64,000 nucleotides of DNA. It comes from Chrysomallon squamiferum (lineage: Eukaryota > Animalia > Mollusca). The stretch lies in NCBI GenBank assembly GCA_012295275.1, contig CM022671.1, positions 13,454,001-13,518,000 on the forward strand, read 5' to 3'. This document shows positions 27,201 through 40,963 of the stretch, piece by piece. Numbering within the stretch: position 1 is the stretch's first letter; every line of letters begins with the position of its first letter. Made by a program: the position numbers and the translations under genes. The notes under the pieces are model-generated. The model had not been told where the DNA came from. It saw only the letters and a list, made by a program, of their open reading frames with translations, and did no database searches.

Positions 27201-28124
27201 ATATGGATAGAGAATGTTGAACTGTAGCAGTTTTATTCATGGATAATTCCTTACAGAAACCATGATTAAAGAACTCTGACAATTGATATTAATATTTAAA
27301 TGCATGTAATTGACTTCTCAGGTTTGATTGTTATGAACTATATTATATATTTGATAATATTTTTGTTGAATGTATTTGTTTATAATTATTTTATTTTTAT
27401 CTAAACAGAGTTTTTTAGTTAGGTTTTTGTTTATTGTTTGATTTATTCTTATTTTTTTATGCTTATATTAATTAAATTTGTGTTATGATCCTGGTCAGTT
27501 TGCCTTGGAAATGCCACTTACACAGTATTATTTTAATATTTCTATATCAGGGATTATCTGTTACTAAACCCTTTGATTTGTTACCCTGGCTTGGCTGTTT
27601 GTTCATAGGACAACTTATATTGTGAAACTAACTAGTTACATATATATTATATATATTATCTACCATACCACATCACATTATCCGACCCACCCCACTGCAA
27701 ATAGATCAAGTTTTATAGATGTCTTTCTACACTTATTAATGTTTACCTCTAGATAGGAACAATAGTATTCAAAATTCATTGTCTAAGTAATCAATAATAA
27801 TGATTATCAAAATGTTTTAAAATGTATCAGAAAAAAGAAAATAGTTTGGAATGTGTCATATAAAATACATTTGTTTATGATTTATTTGGTATAATATATT
27901 TATAAATTTTATGTTCAAAATCCTTCTAAAGCTAACAATTTGAGATTTATATATGGCATCATTTGCACAATTGTGTAATATTAGGTATGATTAATTTGAA
28001 AATAATTATTGGTTTTATCAATGTTTTCACCACAAATAAACCTCTGTAAACTATATTAATAATTTCTGTCTGCAAATCAGGATTCTGGATAGTTGATGTG
28101 CATAAATATATATTAATGTTAAAT

Positions 28125-31100
28125 TTAGATGATTGGAAATGATTGCACTCCCATGCTTTCAAAAGCACACTCATCAACTCCTCGCAGGATTCTGAAATAA
28201 CCATCTTCTCCCCAGCCAGTACCCCAGCTGTTCTTTACAATCCAGTACTTATCTCCAGACACTCTGTCTACACCATAACCAACTAACAACACAGCATGGT
28301 TTGTCTGCTCAAAAGGGTTAAATGTATCTATAAGTTCAGTGTGCCGATAAACACCACTTCTGTAATGCTTGAAATCTGGGTAGACCTCAAAGCCAACTGC
28401 TATTGGTCCATACTTCACAAGGTTTATCATTAACACTGCTTCGTTGCATCTGGAAGTAAAATCTGATAAATCTTTCTGTTTGTTTTGAAATATTATGGAG
28501 GTAGCTTTGATTTCAAAAAATGTTCAGTACATGTTTCTCTGACAAATATGCACAATTCTGATAAATAATTTAATGTCTAAAGAAATAAATGGATGTTTTT
28601 TCTGTAAAGCAAATCTCTGTCTTGTGAAACAGACATAGGTGATTATATAATGCTAATAAAACATTTGAAATATTCTTTGGTTCTAGTTCAAACTGAGTTG
28701 CCATGTGTAATTAACCAGCACACATAACAAAAAATTGAAAATTTGTTTTTATATTTTAGTCCTAAAATCAATCCATTTTGGGAATTATATATACAAAATC
28801 TAACAGTTCATTAGAATTTCTAAAAACAAGCCCTATCCATAAACAGTAGATCTCCTTCTTCTAGTTCTATTATAGGACACACATATTTATCATTTTAAAA
28901 AAATGTGGAAGAACATACGCTCCATAGAATCCTCCAGTGTACTGATATTTGGTTGAATAATGTCTCTTGCAGCCTGGGTCAGTGGAACATTTGCTGTCTT
29001 GACCTTTGTATGGATTGCATTTTTCATTTACTAGTCCAAAATCTTCCGCATATTTTCCTCCAATGAGATATGGAAAACCTCCAGAACAGCCTAAATCATA
29101 TGATTAAAAATAATCTGAATAATAAATTATAGGAATATAATAATAATAATAAATGATTTAACAAGATCCATCAGTAACAGATAACAGATTAAATTTAATT
29201 TTGCTATAGCATTTTAATTATTCTATACTAATAATAGTTAATGTAAATATTATTTTATGATTACTTTTTCTTTTTCATATATTAGATTGTGGAGTGAAAC
29301 GTTTTTATATTTGATATTAAAATAGGAAACGAAAATTATATTATAAATATTAATTATGTAAATCATTTATTTATTACATTTACATCATTTTTTCTTATTG
29401 TACAACAATAATGAATGAAAATCTGTTTTGAACAATTACTGATACATTAAAACAGATTTAATTTATTTTGAAGAGTTACTGAATGGTTAATATAAATATT
29501 TATTTTACTTTTTATTTTGCCTCAGAATAAACAGAATTTATTTGAATAATGATGTTTATACCCTGTGAATATTCACTACATTCTACAATGTCTTGAGGTG
29601 AAAATACAGGTCTCTCTGTGTTGTTTGTCATAATCCTTACTCGAGCTTCATTCATTGCCATAGATGCAAAAGCATAACAACTGCCACAGGCTCCTGTAAT
29701 ATTAAAAATATTAAAACCTAATACTCTGATGCAAAGAAAATCATGTATAGTTATTTTCTATAAGTGGTACATCGATGGTTTTCTTATCAGGCCTTGCTAA
29801 AAGTGTTTTTATAAGTGACTTTATCAAGTCCATTGAATACATCTAATGATTTTTTACAATTTAGAAATTGTTTAAATTTTACATATTTGTTAATAAAATG
29901 TAATTAGTTTTGTGAAAAAAACAGTTTCTTTAAATGAAAATATTAATTTACATGAAGTCAAAACATACAATCAAAGAACAAACTGAATTCCTTTTAAAGA
30001 TGAATTTAATTAACTTTGTATCATTTAGAAATTGTTTACATTTTATGTATTTGTTAAGGAAAAACCTGTTATGTCTGTTTCTGAAAAATGCAGTATTTTT
30101 AAATTAAACTTTATTCATTGACATGATGTCAAAAGATGCAGAATTATTGATAAAGAACAGTTGAAATAAAATAAATGAATGATTAATGGCAACAAACCCT
30201 GATTTCTGACAGGAGATACAAATGAAATTCCGTGTTGATTTCTCCAATCAAAATTGTCTGGTAGCTGTTTCATTTTCATTTTGTCTTCTTCTGATACTGT
30301 TGCAGCCTTTGGAATTCTACAAAAACAAATATTTTTTTAAATTATTATTATTTTTAATTTTTGTATAAAGAACAGCAAAATTCAGTGTATATTAAAAATA
30401 CTAAACATGAGTGTCCTGACCAGTTAAAACTTTATGAGGTTTTTGGGAAGGGGATTTTATTTTGGAGGCATTTATTTATTTATTTATTTATTTATTTTTG
30501 AGCACACAGTAGAATTTTATAGAATTTTCAGAGATTTTCATATATGACTGCAAAGTTATCTGATAATCTTATGCCATTAAAATATACATAAATCATACAT
30601 TCAAATGTATGTGGCAACAAATAATTATTCTTACCCAACAACACGAGAGTTTCTGCCTCCAGCATGCTTAATTAGATCTTCTATGGACATTCCCTCATAT
30701 TCTGGATAAAATGTGGCTTTCCATGATGACTGGACTTTGTTTATTCCATTGATAAAATCTACACTCGTCTTGTACAAACTTGTTTGTGTTTAGTAGAATT
30801 TTTTTTTTTTTTTTTAAATGTCAATAATATTATGAATATATATAAACTTGAAATAAATGAAATTTTCAAAACATACATAAGGTATTGTATTTAATATTAA
30901 TATGCTGCTGTTCTCTTTTCAATTAAAACTCAATGGTTATTATTTTTACAATATTCAATTCTAATGAAAAAAAATCACTGCACTTCCCTGAAATTAATCA
31001 TATAAATTCCGCTAATGGATATTTCTCTATTATTAAGGTTGGTATAGGGAAATGAAAAACAAATTCCTAATGCATATTTATTAAAAATATTTTACATATT

Positions 31101-34100
31101 TTCTTATTAGAAAATAATTCGAGCAGAAGATTATTTTTTTCATTAATTTATTAAAATTAATAACATTAATATTATAAAAAACACATTTTATATTTAAATT
31201 TATTTTCTGTTAAATAAAATGATTAATAAAATATTACTGAAAAAGAAAAAAGGAAGAAAGGAAAGGTTTTATATAATGACATACTCAACACAATTTGTTT
31301 ATTGTTATATGTGTCAGACTTAAAATTATATATAACAATAGAAGAAACCAACTATAGCTACTTTATTATTAGCAGCAAACGATGTTTTACTCTGAATAGT
31401 ACAAATCACAGAATATGAAAAATAAAGAATGATAAGTGTATGAACATTTAACTACTTCACACTCACCTTGAATGATAAACTGCAACTGTATCAACATGAT
31501 GTTTAAAGAGATTTCTTGATTTGATCTTCACCCCCTGGTAACACGCCCAATCCCTGTCAAATATATCATGTGACCAGCCTGGAAAGGTTTCGCTACAAAT
31601 ACTAGTGACATTTTTGCCTGTCTTCTTATACTTAGAAAATGCAAAATACTTTCTATTGGTTACTACTACTTCAAAACCCTGAAGAACAAAAATAAAAAAA
31701 ATATTTTTTGGTTGTCTAAATTTATAAAAATGAATATTTTTGTTAAGAAAATTAAAACATGAAATTATTACTATCTTAGCTGAAAGTTTTAAAAGCATAT
31801 TGGACAGTTAGTTATAAATGAAATATTAAAGGTATTCATATACCTTACTGGTCTAATCAATGTTATGGTCAGACCGTACAAAATCAAGAAAGATAATTTT
31901 ATTATTTATATGATATTAATAATGCCTGGTCATTTATGTCAAATAAAAACAATTAACAATATGTGTCATATGTATGTGAGTGTGTGTTAGTTTTTTCTTC
32001 TGTATATGTGTGTTTCAAGGTAAATTTAATTCCAAGGACATAATATTCAGTATGTGCTCAGCTCCTATTTTTATGGTTACCAGTACTGTAATGTACATTT
32101 CTTGAAAAATGCACCATATATTTACTGACTACTCACATGTTTTGCAAACTTTTCAGCCTATATGACTTACACAAAAATCTTTATTTACTTTTTGGTTGGT
32201 TTTCTTATTTTGCTTTGTTCCATATGTCAGAAATGAATTTATATGGGAAACTGAAAAATCTAATACTCTAAATATATACTACTTAGCTATTAACTATAGC
32301 AATATGAATCATATAAAGAAAAGCAAAACTATTAATGAAATATACGATGAATGAGAGTCTCTCTGATAACCTACTTTACATTTGCAAATGAATGTTATTA
32401 AATTCGACACTTGTATAAAATATTATAATTGTGACACCATAATGAAAGAGGTATTTAATAGCAGTGTAATTATTACTTGAATATGAATAATAATTATGGA
32501 TAATAATAGATAATTTATTGGGTGTTTTTTATTATCCATAATTGGAGGGATTCAACTAAATCATCCACCACAGTATTTTATTGTAATAAGGATACATAAA
32601 CAGCACTAATGCATTCAAGTTTTATTTCTCTTTATTTGAACTTCAGATACTTGGGAAATTCCTCCAAGACACCTGTGACATTAATATATAGTAAACAGTG
32701 TCAATGGAGATATCTTAAAGACCCCAATACAAAAATGATCCATCAATATTGATCAGATAAGTCATCAGTCAGACTGTGTTGAATGATAGTACATTTATAT
32801 ATATATATACAGAGAGAAAGAGAAAGATAATATCTGGCAAGAAAGAAAGGTGCATACATAATTAGATATTTGCATATGTGTAAGTGTGGGGGATGTAGGA
32901 AAAAAATGGCACTGGAAAAAGGCATTATGCAAATTTGGAAAAAATGACACCCTACTTTATTTTCTCTGTAAAGTTGCATAAAAAAAACTTAAAAGTACTT
33001 TTGAAAATACAATTTATTCATGGAATATTGCTACTTATATATATATTAATATACAGCATCACTCAACTACTTGGTTTTGCTTAACGAAGTACAGTATTGT
33101 ATCAGAGTTTAATACTACAATTATCACATTATTATCACATTTAAAAATACAGTATACATAGCATCACTCCATCATTTGATTTTGTGTGTGTGTGTGTGTG
33201 GCGGAAGGTGCTAGACTTGGGTCTTACTCAGTGGCATGATGGATTCATTGGCTTTTCTTTCGATCGAAGATCTGCCAGTAGGCCTTGAGTTCCTTCCCAA
33301 CAATACACCAAAAGGGATGGAACCTTGAAGAATTCCTTCAAGGAGATGGTCACAACATCTGCTGGAAACCTCATGGTAACCAAAATCAAATGAAGGAGTG
33401 ATGCTCTGTATTTTTTATACTGTATTTTTAAATGTGATAATGATGCGATAATTGTAGTATTAAACTCTGATACAATACTGTACTTTGTTAAGCAAAACCA
33501 AGTAGCTGTGTGATGCTGTATATTAATATACATTTAAGTAGCTATACTGCATGAATAAATTATGTTTTCAAAAGTATTTTTAAGGTTTTCTGAACGCAAC
33601 TATACAGAAAAAATAAAGTAGGGTGTCATTTTTCCAAATTTGCATATGCCTTTTTCCAGTGCCCTTTTTCCCCCACATCCCCCCAGATACACACATATGC
33701 ACATATCTAATTATGTACAAAGACACATACACCAATAAAACACATATCTTAATTTAATTTGCAAACCTGATTGTAAATCAAAGTCCAAAAACCCTTGTTG
33801 CCATATTCATCTATGGCTAAATCAGGAAAATACAGCTGTATACTCAGAGTTGAAACGACTGGTGCTAAAACTTGTGTAAAAGACAAATTTAATATAACAA
33901 AGCTCTAACAGAATTTTAAATTATATGCATATGCATCTACCACATATATACGTAAGAAACTTCATCAGTTCATTGTAATATCTTTATCATGCTAGGATAA
34001 ATTTGTAAATATTATTGTTTTTTGGAAACAGCTTTTAATATATTATTCAGAAGATAATCAAGAACAACAATGGCAACAATACATTAACAATTACTAGTCA

Positions 34101-34384
34101 CTGTAACTGTGTAAGTGTTATTATTATTTTTATTAAAATTTGTGTTTATCAATGCATAAATCGTTATAATTATTAATTCAGTTTTATAAGTGACAAAGAA
34201 AGCTGCTATTACTTGGTAACTCACTCGTATTTGTACAACTGATATTTCTGTCGTGTCCCCTACTTCCTTCATAAAATGTCCACGATCCTACTATCTCTTC
34301 GTAAGTACAGTTTGCTGGTGTATCGCATAGAAATGGTAAAATATTTAAAGCTAACGTCTGCAGACAAAATATTAACAGTAACAT
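28125..34384 (-). CDS. CTSC: Cathepsin C (dipeptidyl peptidase I), 8 exons
   Basis: Exons (approx.): 34225-34384, 33767-33864, 31467-31678, 30635-30778, 30198-30317, 29562-29694, 28919-29091, 28125-28449. Signal peptide followed by DTPANC and the exclusion domain ([19 protein letters not shown]). The papain domain has [20 protein letters not shown] and KNSWG, so the catalytic Cys/His/Asn are intact. Confidence 0.97.
29858..30170. repeat. Diverged tandem duplication (~165-bp unit) in a CTSC intron
   Basis: ATTTAGAAATTGTTTA...TATTTGTTAA...GAAAAA...ACATGAxGTCAAAA...AAAGAACA occurs at ~29859 and ~30023. Confidence 0.65.
32855..33717. repeat. Long inverted repeat (~330-bp arms, ~195-bp spacer) in CTSC intron 2
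   Basis: 32855-33184 is the reverse complement of 33381-33717 with scattered mismatches, e.g. TACTTGGTTTTGCTTAACGAAGTACAGTATTGTATCAGAGTTTAATACTACAATTATC versus GATAATTGTAGTATTAAACTCTGATACAATACTGTACTTTGTTAAGCAAAACCAAGTA. Confidence 0.92.
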
Positions 34385-34860
34385 GTTTAATTAAAAATGT
34401 TTATCGAACACCCTGCTAAATTCTGAATACCTTATGTGGTGTATACTGAATTGTGATCATGTGATAAATAATCACATGATACTATGAAGTATAATTATAG
34501 TCACAGTAGTATCATAGTGATTTAATGGAGTAGTGTGACAGAATATATTATTAATATTTTCAGGTGGTTGGGAAGTATCCCAGAACAGTTTTCTGTTGTA
34601 AATAAACTTTATTTATTTGCATTCTTATACAAAAACAAAATAATCATTTCATTACATTCACTTCAGTTTAGAAGTAAAGGAAGGAAAGAAAACACGTATT
34701 ATCATCTAATTTAGCGTATGGTCTTGAAACCGTAACGGAACTTTAACTTGTTTTAACACAAAGTCATGTGATTATCAGAAAGGGTCTGGATGTACTTCCT
34801 GTAATCAGGAAGAAGAAAGAAGGCGTTCGTTCTATCATTCTTTATTATCACAAAGCCATC
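34385..34860. promoter_or_regulatory. Bidirectional CTSC/ARL8 promoter with three TCATGTGA (M-box/CLEAR-like) sites
   Basis: 476 bp between divergent ATGs. TCATGTGA at 34457, TCACATGA at 34472, TCATGTGA at 34764, and ETS-like ACTTCCTG at 34794. Confidence 0.75.
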
Positions 34861-37800
34861 ATGTTTGCGTTTTTCCAAAGAATATTAGATTGGTTTAGAA
34901 GTCTTTTCTGGAAAGAAGAGATGGAATTAACTTTAGTAGGGTTGCAGTACTCAGGAAAGACCACATTTGTAAATGTTATTGCGGTAGGTCCCGAGTGCTT
35001 CCTACGAATCCTTTTATTTGTGACTTTGTCATACGATTTAACGTGACATCATCGTAAAACCGCTTAATACGCAGAAATCTTACATATACCTATATTTAAT
35101 GATTTTTTATATTTATTTTTTCACTGAAAATCATACAATTTCAAAATAATAATAATAATAATAATAATAATTTTATATATAATAATATACTATATAATAG
35201 TATATATAAAATAAAGATGACTATAGACCACTGGTTTTCAACCTTTTTCATACCGCGACTCCTTGTGAGCAACTCAATATGACCGATGACACCCTTTAAG
35301 AAAATTTATTCAATAATATCTAGGGCTACCATATTTTCATCAATCAAAGACAGTTCAAAAGGAATCTGTATTCACTATGACGGATCCCAAACCTATCTAC
35401 ACGTTTTTATTTATTCCTCCTTCCAAGAGCCTCGCTCAGTAATGATCTCACGACCCCCAGAAAAAAGGCTGACACCCTTCTGGGTGTTATGACCCATAGG
35501 TTGAAAACCTATGCTATAGACTAAATTAAATTTTAGGCAAAACTTCAAAAATATGTTATTTTCCTATAAATTTAAAGAGAAAGAGAGAGCCCCCCCCCCA
35601 AAAAAAAAAAAAATCCAGATTAAAATGACCTGGAGGTTTCTTTGATAACATAGAAGTTATAGGTTTTTATCAGAATAAATTTTGCTGGTATTTTTCTTTC
35701 AGAAACTGGAAGAATTAAGTTGTTTCAGTGATTTGGTTATATAAATATGTAGTTACAAACCAGTATACACATATACTGAAGCTTTTGATGAGGCATGAAG
35801 CTGCATAGTATTCTTAAAACTTTCTTCATAATGAATATTTTTATCAGAAAGAAGTATCTAAAAGTAGTAAACTGGAACATTATGCCACATAATTACTAAA
35901 TCATACAATAAAAATAAACGAATCATCATACTTGTTAGATATCCATAACAACTGCAGAGGCTATGGCTGAGAACACCACATATGCCACTAAGTGACTAAA
36001 TCATATTAAGTATCTGCTGCCTCACAAATCTGAATGAAATTTGGCAGACTGAGAGAAAGGCATTTAATATGCTGAATAAGCTTATCTTCACCACAGATGA
36101 TCAGTTTGAAACAGTAAGCTTGTCTGTTATTTGTCTGTAGTTTATCAATGATTATCTGTTAAGAAACAAATTCAAAAACAAATATGTATACTGTGTATAT
36201 ATGTATATATATTTGTAGTCCTGGAAAATATATAAATTTAATGACAAAACAGAAACTTGAATGAAGGAACCCACTTCAATAAAAGCAATTATGTGTCACA
36301 AAAACAGAGACAGCTGTTGTCATATACATACAAATTCAGAACAAAGGTACAGTTATGCAATATGTGATACAGATTTGTCTTTATAGACTATAGTACTGTG
36401 AATCTTATTTTAAGTATATGCTAGATTTAAAAATAGTATAATTAGGCAGAATATACAAGTACATCAGAAAAAGGTACTTTAAATGATATAATTCATAATT
36501 GAATAGAAATAATTAACAAATTAATAATTTAATTAATTTTGTAAACACCCTTTTATTAAATAAGGAATGCTATGTATCATATTTATTTATTTTTACCCAA
36601 ATTTAATTAGTAAAGTTGAGAATGTAAAAATTATCACGTTTTTAATGTTATTACCTCTTGTATGTAAAACATATTTAATAAATTTAATTGCTAGATATTT
36701 TAAATTATTTAACACACATACACACACTTAATTTTAATTAACATCTAGATATTGGTTAAACTATTACCTGTTGTGTTCAGTTATCTTACCTGCTTTGATT
36801 CACTGGAATGGAAATCTTGTATATCCACTTAGTTGGCGTATAATATAACCAATAGTAATTTCTGAGTTTGACCAGTTTTCAGTTAATTTTTACTAAAAAA
36901 TATAAAGTGTTTGTTTTGAATATTTCTATATAGCATATAAATGTGATATTTTGTTTAAAATTAGCTTTTTTTAAAAAGAAGGGTTAACTGATTTATAAAA
37001 TTTGAGTTTTAGTTTAATTTCATTTTTAGTTATTTTCTTTAACTATAATTTAATTTTCCTTCTGTAATTATTGTTTTTCAGTCGGGTCAGTTCAGTGAAG
37101 ATATGATTCCTACAGTTGGCTTTAATATGCGGAAGATTACTAAAGGAAATGTAACAATCAAGGTAATTTTTATATTGAGCACATTTACTGTATTTATGTG
37201 TATGTGTGTATATATATATAATTATATTTTTTATTTATTTTTACCCATCGGTCATAAATTAATCTGTACGCTTTTAGAGAAATATATTTCTTCACATAAA
37301 TTTAAATGTTACTTTTTAAAAATATTTTTTATTATTATTCTATTTTTAAAAATATTTTATGTGCTTTATAATTTTATTTTAATTTTTGTTTTAACTTAAA
37401 TAGTACCATTTGCAGTTTTCAAACAGTGTAAAATGATTATTTTTTATGATGTTTTATAACTCTTATAATTAATAAAAGATTTAATGCAGTAATGGATATA
37501 AATTAGAGAAATTACAGCAGTAATAATAATTAACATATGAACAATTTCACGTAGACGAATATTTGTTTATGTTTAGCTGTGGGACATTGGTGGCCAGCCT
37601 CGTTTCAGGAGCATGTGGGAACGATACTGCAGAGGTGTAAATGCTATAGTGTGAGTAAATTTCCATATTTATCTATTACTTCAATCCATAATACTAATTA
37701 TTAATTAAAAGATAATAGTTTAACATTAACTTCACTGTCCTTTATAGCAACTGACATAATCCATTCTAAATAGATTGCTGGTGTATAAAAAGCGACAAAA

Positions 37801-38622
37801 ATAATATTTAGTTTCTATGTAAAAACTACCAATAACAACCAAAAAAATGTTTTTAAATGTTTGGTGCATAACATTCATGATTTTTTTTTTACTTTAGATT
37901 TATGGTTGATGCAGCAGATCATGACAAACTGGAGGCATCCCGCAATGAGCTACACAACCTGCTTGATAAACCACAGCTGCAGGGCATTCCTGTACTTGTG
38001 TTGGGAAACAAAAGAGATTTATCTGAAGCACTTGATGAAAAGGAACTTATAGAGAGGATGTATGAAATATTATTACCTTTCTACCATTTGTATGTTTTGT
38101 TAAATTATATAAAATGATTCTAAAAGAACTGAACATTTTCAGGTGTTTGTTAAGAAGTCTGTAAATTACTGTAATGGCCATTATAAGAAATGTAAGAGTA
38201 ATTCTGCATGCTCATATATAATTACAACTACACAGGAATAACTGGTTACTTTCTTAAGATATAGTTTGTAAAAGTAAGAATTGCAAAATGCTCTGAACAT
38301 AACACAGTAAGACAGTAACCAGTTATTTCTTTTATCCCTCAATGCTAAATAATACAAACACTAAATTGTTTGAAACCAAATATTCATTTTGTTTTTACCT
38401 ACAAAAACTTCACATAAAAACAAAGTAGTTCTTAAATAACAACAATTTATTTTTCTTTTAAAGAACTAAACCAGCATTAAATGCTAAAGAAGTAACATTG
38501 AACAACATGTATATGTAAATAACCAATAATTTATTAAAGTAAAAATAATTCTGATCCTAAAAAGCTTTACTTTTGATTAGTGACTGAAATTATAGAAGTT
38601 TATCTAATGATCAGATCTTGCC

Positions 38623-38653
<31 letters not shown>

Positions 38654-40344
38654 TTGAAACTTGGATAGCTTGAGTGTTGATTTGTTGAGAACTTTGATCT
38701 GTTGAACTAAATGTCTTGTCCTGGCTCAGCTTCTGTAAAAGTCTGTAATATTTTGTAATAATGAGCTTCAAATAATCAAAATGTTAAAAAATTTCCTCAA
38801 AGTTGTATACTGACCAAAACTACTAATTTAATAGAAATTAACCTTTGAATGGTCAAGCTATTCTTTCCCTTGGTAAACATAGAACAATGGGTCTTTGATT
38901 AAGTGGGGAAAAAAATACATACCTTTACAGTATCTGTTTTCATAGTAGTTAAATGATAAAGTTCACTGATTGCCAATTAAATCCCTGTTAATGTTTACAC
39001 ATGTTTTAATCCGTGAATATTCATATTCACATTTGTGTGCAATTACAGACACTAATGAAAAACAATTAATTTAAAAAAAAAACATCTTTCATTACTAACT
39101 TTATTTTTTGTATAATGATATTTTGAACTGTTGGTTTCTATTGATAATTGATATATTTCTGGCAGAAATAATAATTGAAAGTATACTTGTATTAATTACC
39201 AATTTATACTGCTTTTCTTTTTCTTAGAAGTGTTTGTTATTTTGAATATTTGTCAAGTACAGCTAGTGCTATTAATATTTCAGTATGAACTGATTATGTT
39301 CAGTGAAGTTTAGAAATCAAAATCTGTTTTTTTTTTCTCTTTCATACATTAGTAAAGACATTTTCTTACACATTGATAAGCTACAAAGTTGTTAGGGTTT
39401 TTTTGTTTCATCTTTTATTTATTTTGTTTCCTTAGTTCACCAAATGTGCAATAGTATGTTTCGTGCAGTATTAAATGTACATCATTCTGCCATCAGTACC
39501 ACAGCAAATATTTGAAGTTTGAATATTCAAATACAATGAAATGTGAGCAGTTTTTGCTGACCCCTTCTATTTCAACATAACAAAGTTTGGTGTGTGTGTG
39601 TGTGTATGGATATATTTAGTTTTCTGCTTTTTACATTTTTATATTTGAAAAGATAACACAAAACAATGGAAAATATATTTTTTGGCATGACCTTGTTTCT
39701 TATTTTAATATCTGTCATATTCATTTATTAGAGAATCAGAAGAGTCATTGGAAAAGTTCAAGATGTGATTATATTTCCTTGGACCGTCAAAGTTTCATTT
39801 TAATAGCAGTTAGGATTTGTATTTTAAAAAATCACTAAACATGTGTTTTTATTTCAGGAATCTTTCAGCTATCCAGGACAGAGAAATATGTTGCTATTCG
39901 ATTTCATGCAAGGAAAAGGAAAATATAGGTAAAGGAATATATTTAAAAAGTGTAATCATTTATACTGATACACTAGCTCTCTAGATAATGTTTTATATTA
40001 ACACACTTTGTGAAGAAAATTTGCACACCAGTTATTTCTTGATTACTGTTAATAAACTTATAAAAAATTAAATTTAGTTATTTTAAAATATTTATGTATT
40101 ATTTTTGTGTTTCTTTATACTTATAATTTATTAATTTAAACTTGCTTATAATTTGAATTTTTTAAGGTATATGCAAATATGTAATTATTCAGTACAAAAA
40201 ATGAGTTTATGAAAGACTTATAAGTTTATAAATATGATTTATTAATTATTATAATTTTCTTTTTTCATTTTTGATCCTTTCTTCTTTTTTCACTTAGACA
40301 TAACTTTACAATGGTTGATACAGCATTCCAAGGGAGGTCACTAA
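34861..40344 (+). CDS. ARL8: ADP-ribosylation factor-like protein 8 (lysosomal small GTPase), 6 exons
   Basis: Exons 34861-34983, 37082-37162, 37577-37650, 37898-38059, 39858-39928, 40298-40344 give [35 protein letters not shown]...[12 protein letters not shown]...[20 protein letters not shown]...GNKRDL...[24 protein letters not shown]. This is the canonical ARL8 sequence, with no Gly2. Confidence 0.98.
35229..35513. mobile_element. hAT (Charlie-like) MITE in ARL8 intron 1
   Basis: TIRs CACTGGTTTTCAACC and GGTTGAAAACCTATG. Perfect 8-bp target-site duplication CTATAGAC at 35221-35228 and 35514-35521. Confidence 0.9.
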
Positions 40345-40904
40345 AAGTTATACTGGCATAACAGTTTCTGTATATTATGAATGACTCTTGTGAACATACA
40401 CTCACAGAAAGTATGAAATAAACTAAAGTACTCCTGCCATAGACTAAAACTGTTTTCGATATTGGCTGTGTGTTGTAGTCTTGGTAGTGAGTCGGTCAAT
40501 GAGTGAAATAATCACTCAGGTTAAAAAAGCTTTCTAGACAGGCTAAAATTTGACATTTTCTTTTGTCAGATTAAATTTTTTTGCAAGTTGTTTTTCTTTT
40601 TCTCAGCATGTGTCTGTGTGCATGTAACAGACTTGTGTGAACAGAATGTATATGAGTATAAATGTTAAATGTTTCATAATGATCTAAATTATGATTATTT
40701 TTCTGATAATTCATGGTACATACATACATGCATATATAGTTTATTTAGGTGACTTAAAAAAGTGTTGATCTAAAAATAATCATTTCAATAAGTCTCAGTT
40801 ATTAGATGAATTTTCTCTGTAGTATTCATATTTTGTCATTATACTTGGATGTTGCTTATAATTTATATATCTGTTGATTCATTGTATTCTATATAATACA
40901 CGTG

Positions 40905-40906
<2 letters not shown>

Positions 40907-40962
<56 letters not shown>
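40907..40962. repeat. (TTA)n microsatellite downstream of the ARL8 stop
   Basis: Directly visible trinucleotide run. Confidence 0.95.

Positions 40963-40963
<1 letters not shown>

Noticed and set aside
34768-34860. N-terminal extension of ARL8 from the ORF track
   Set aside because: It starts at a GTG inside an M-box. The conserved ARL8 N-terminus begins at ATG 34861.
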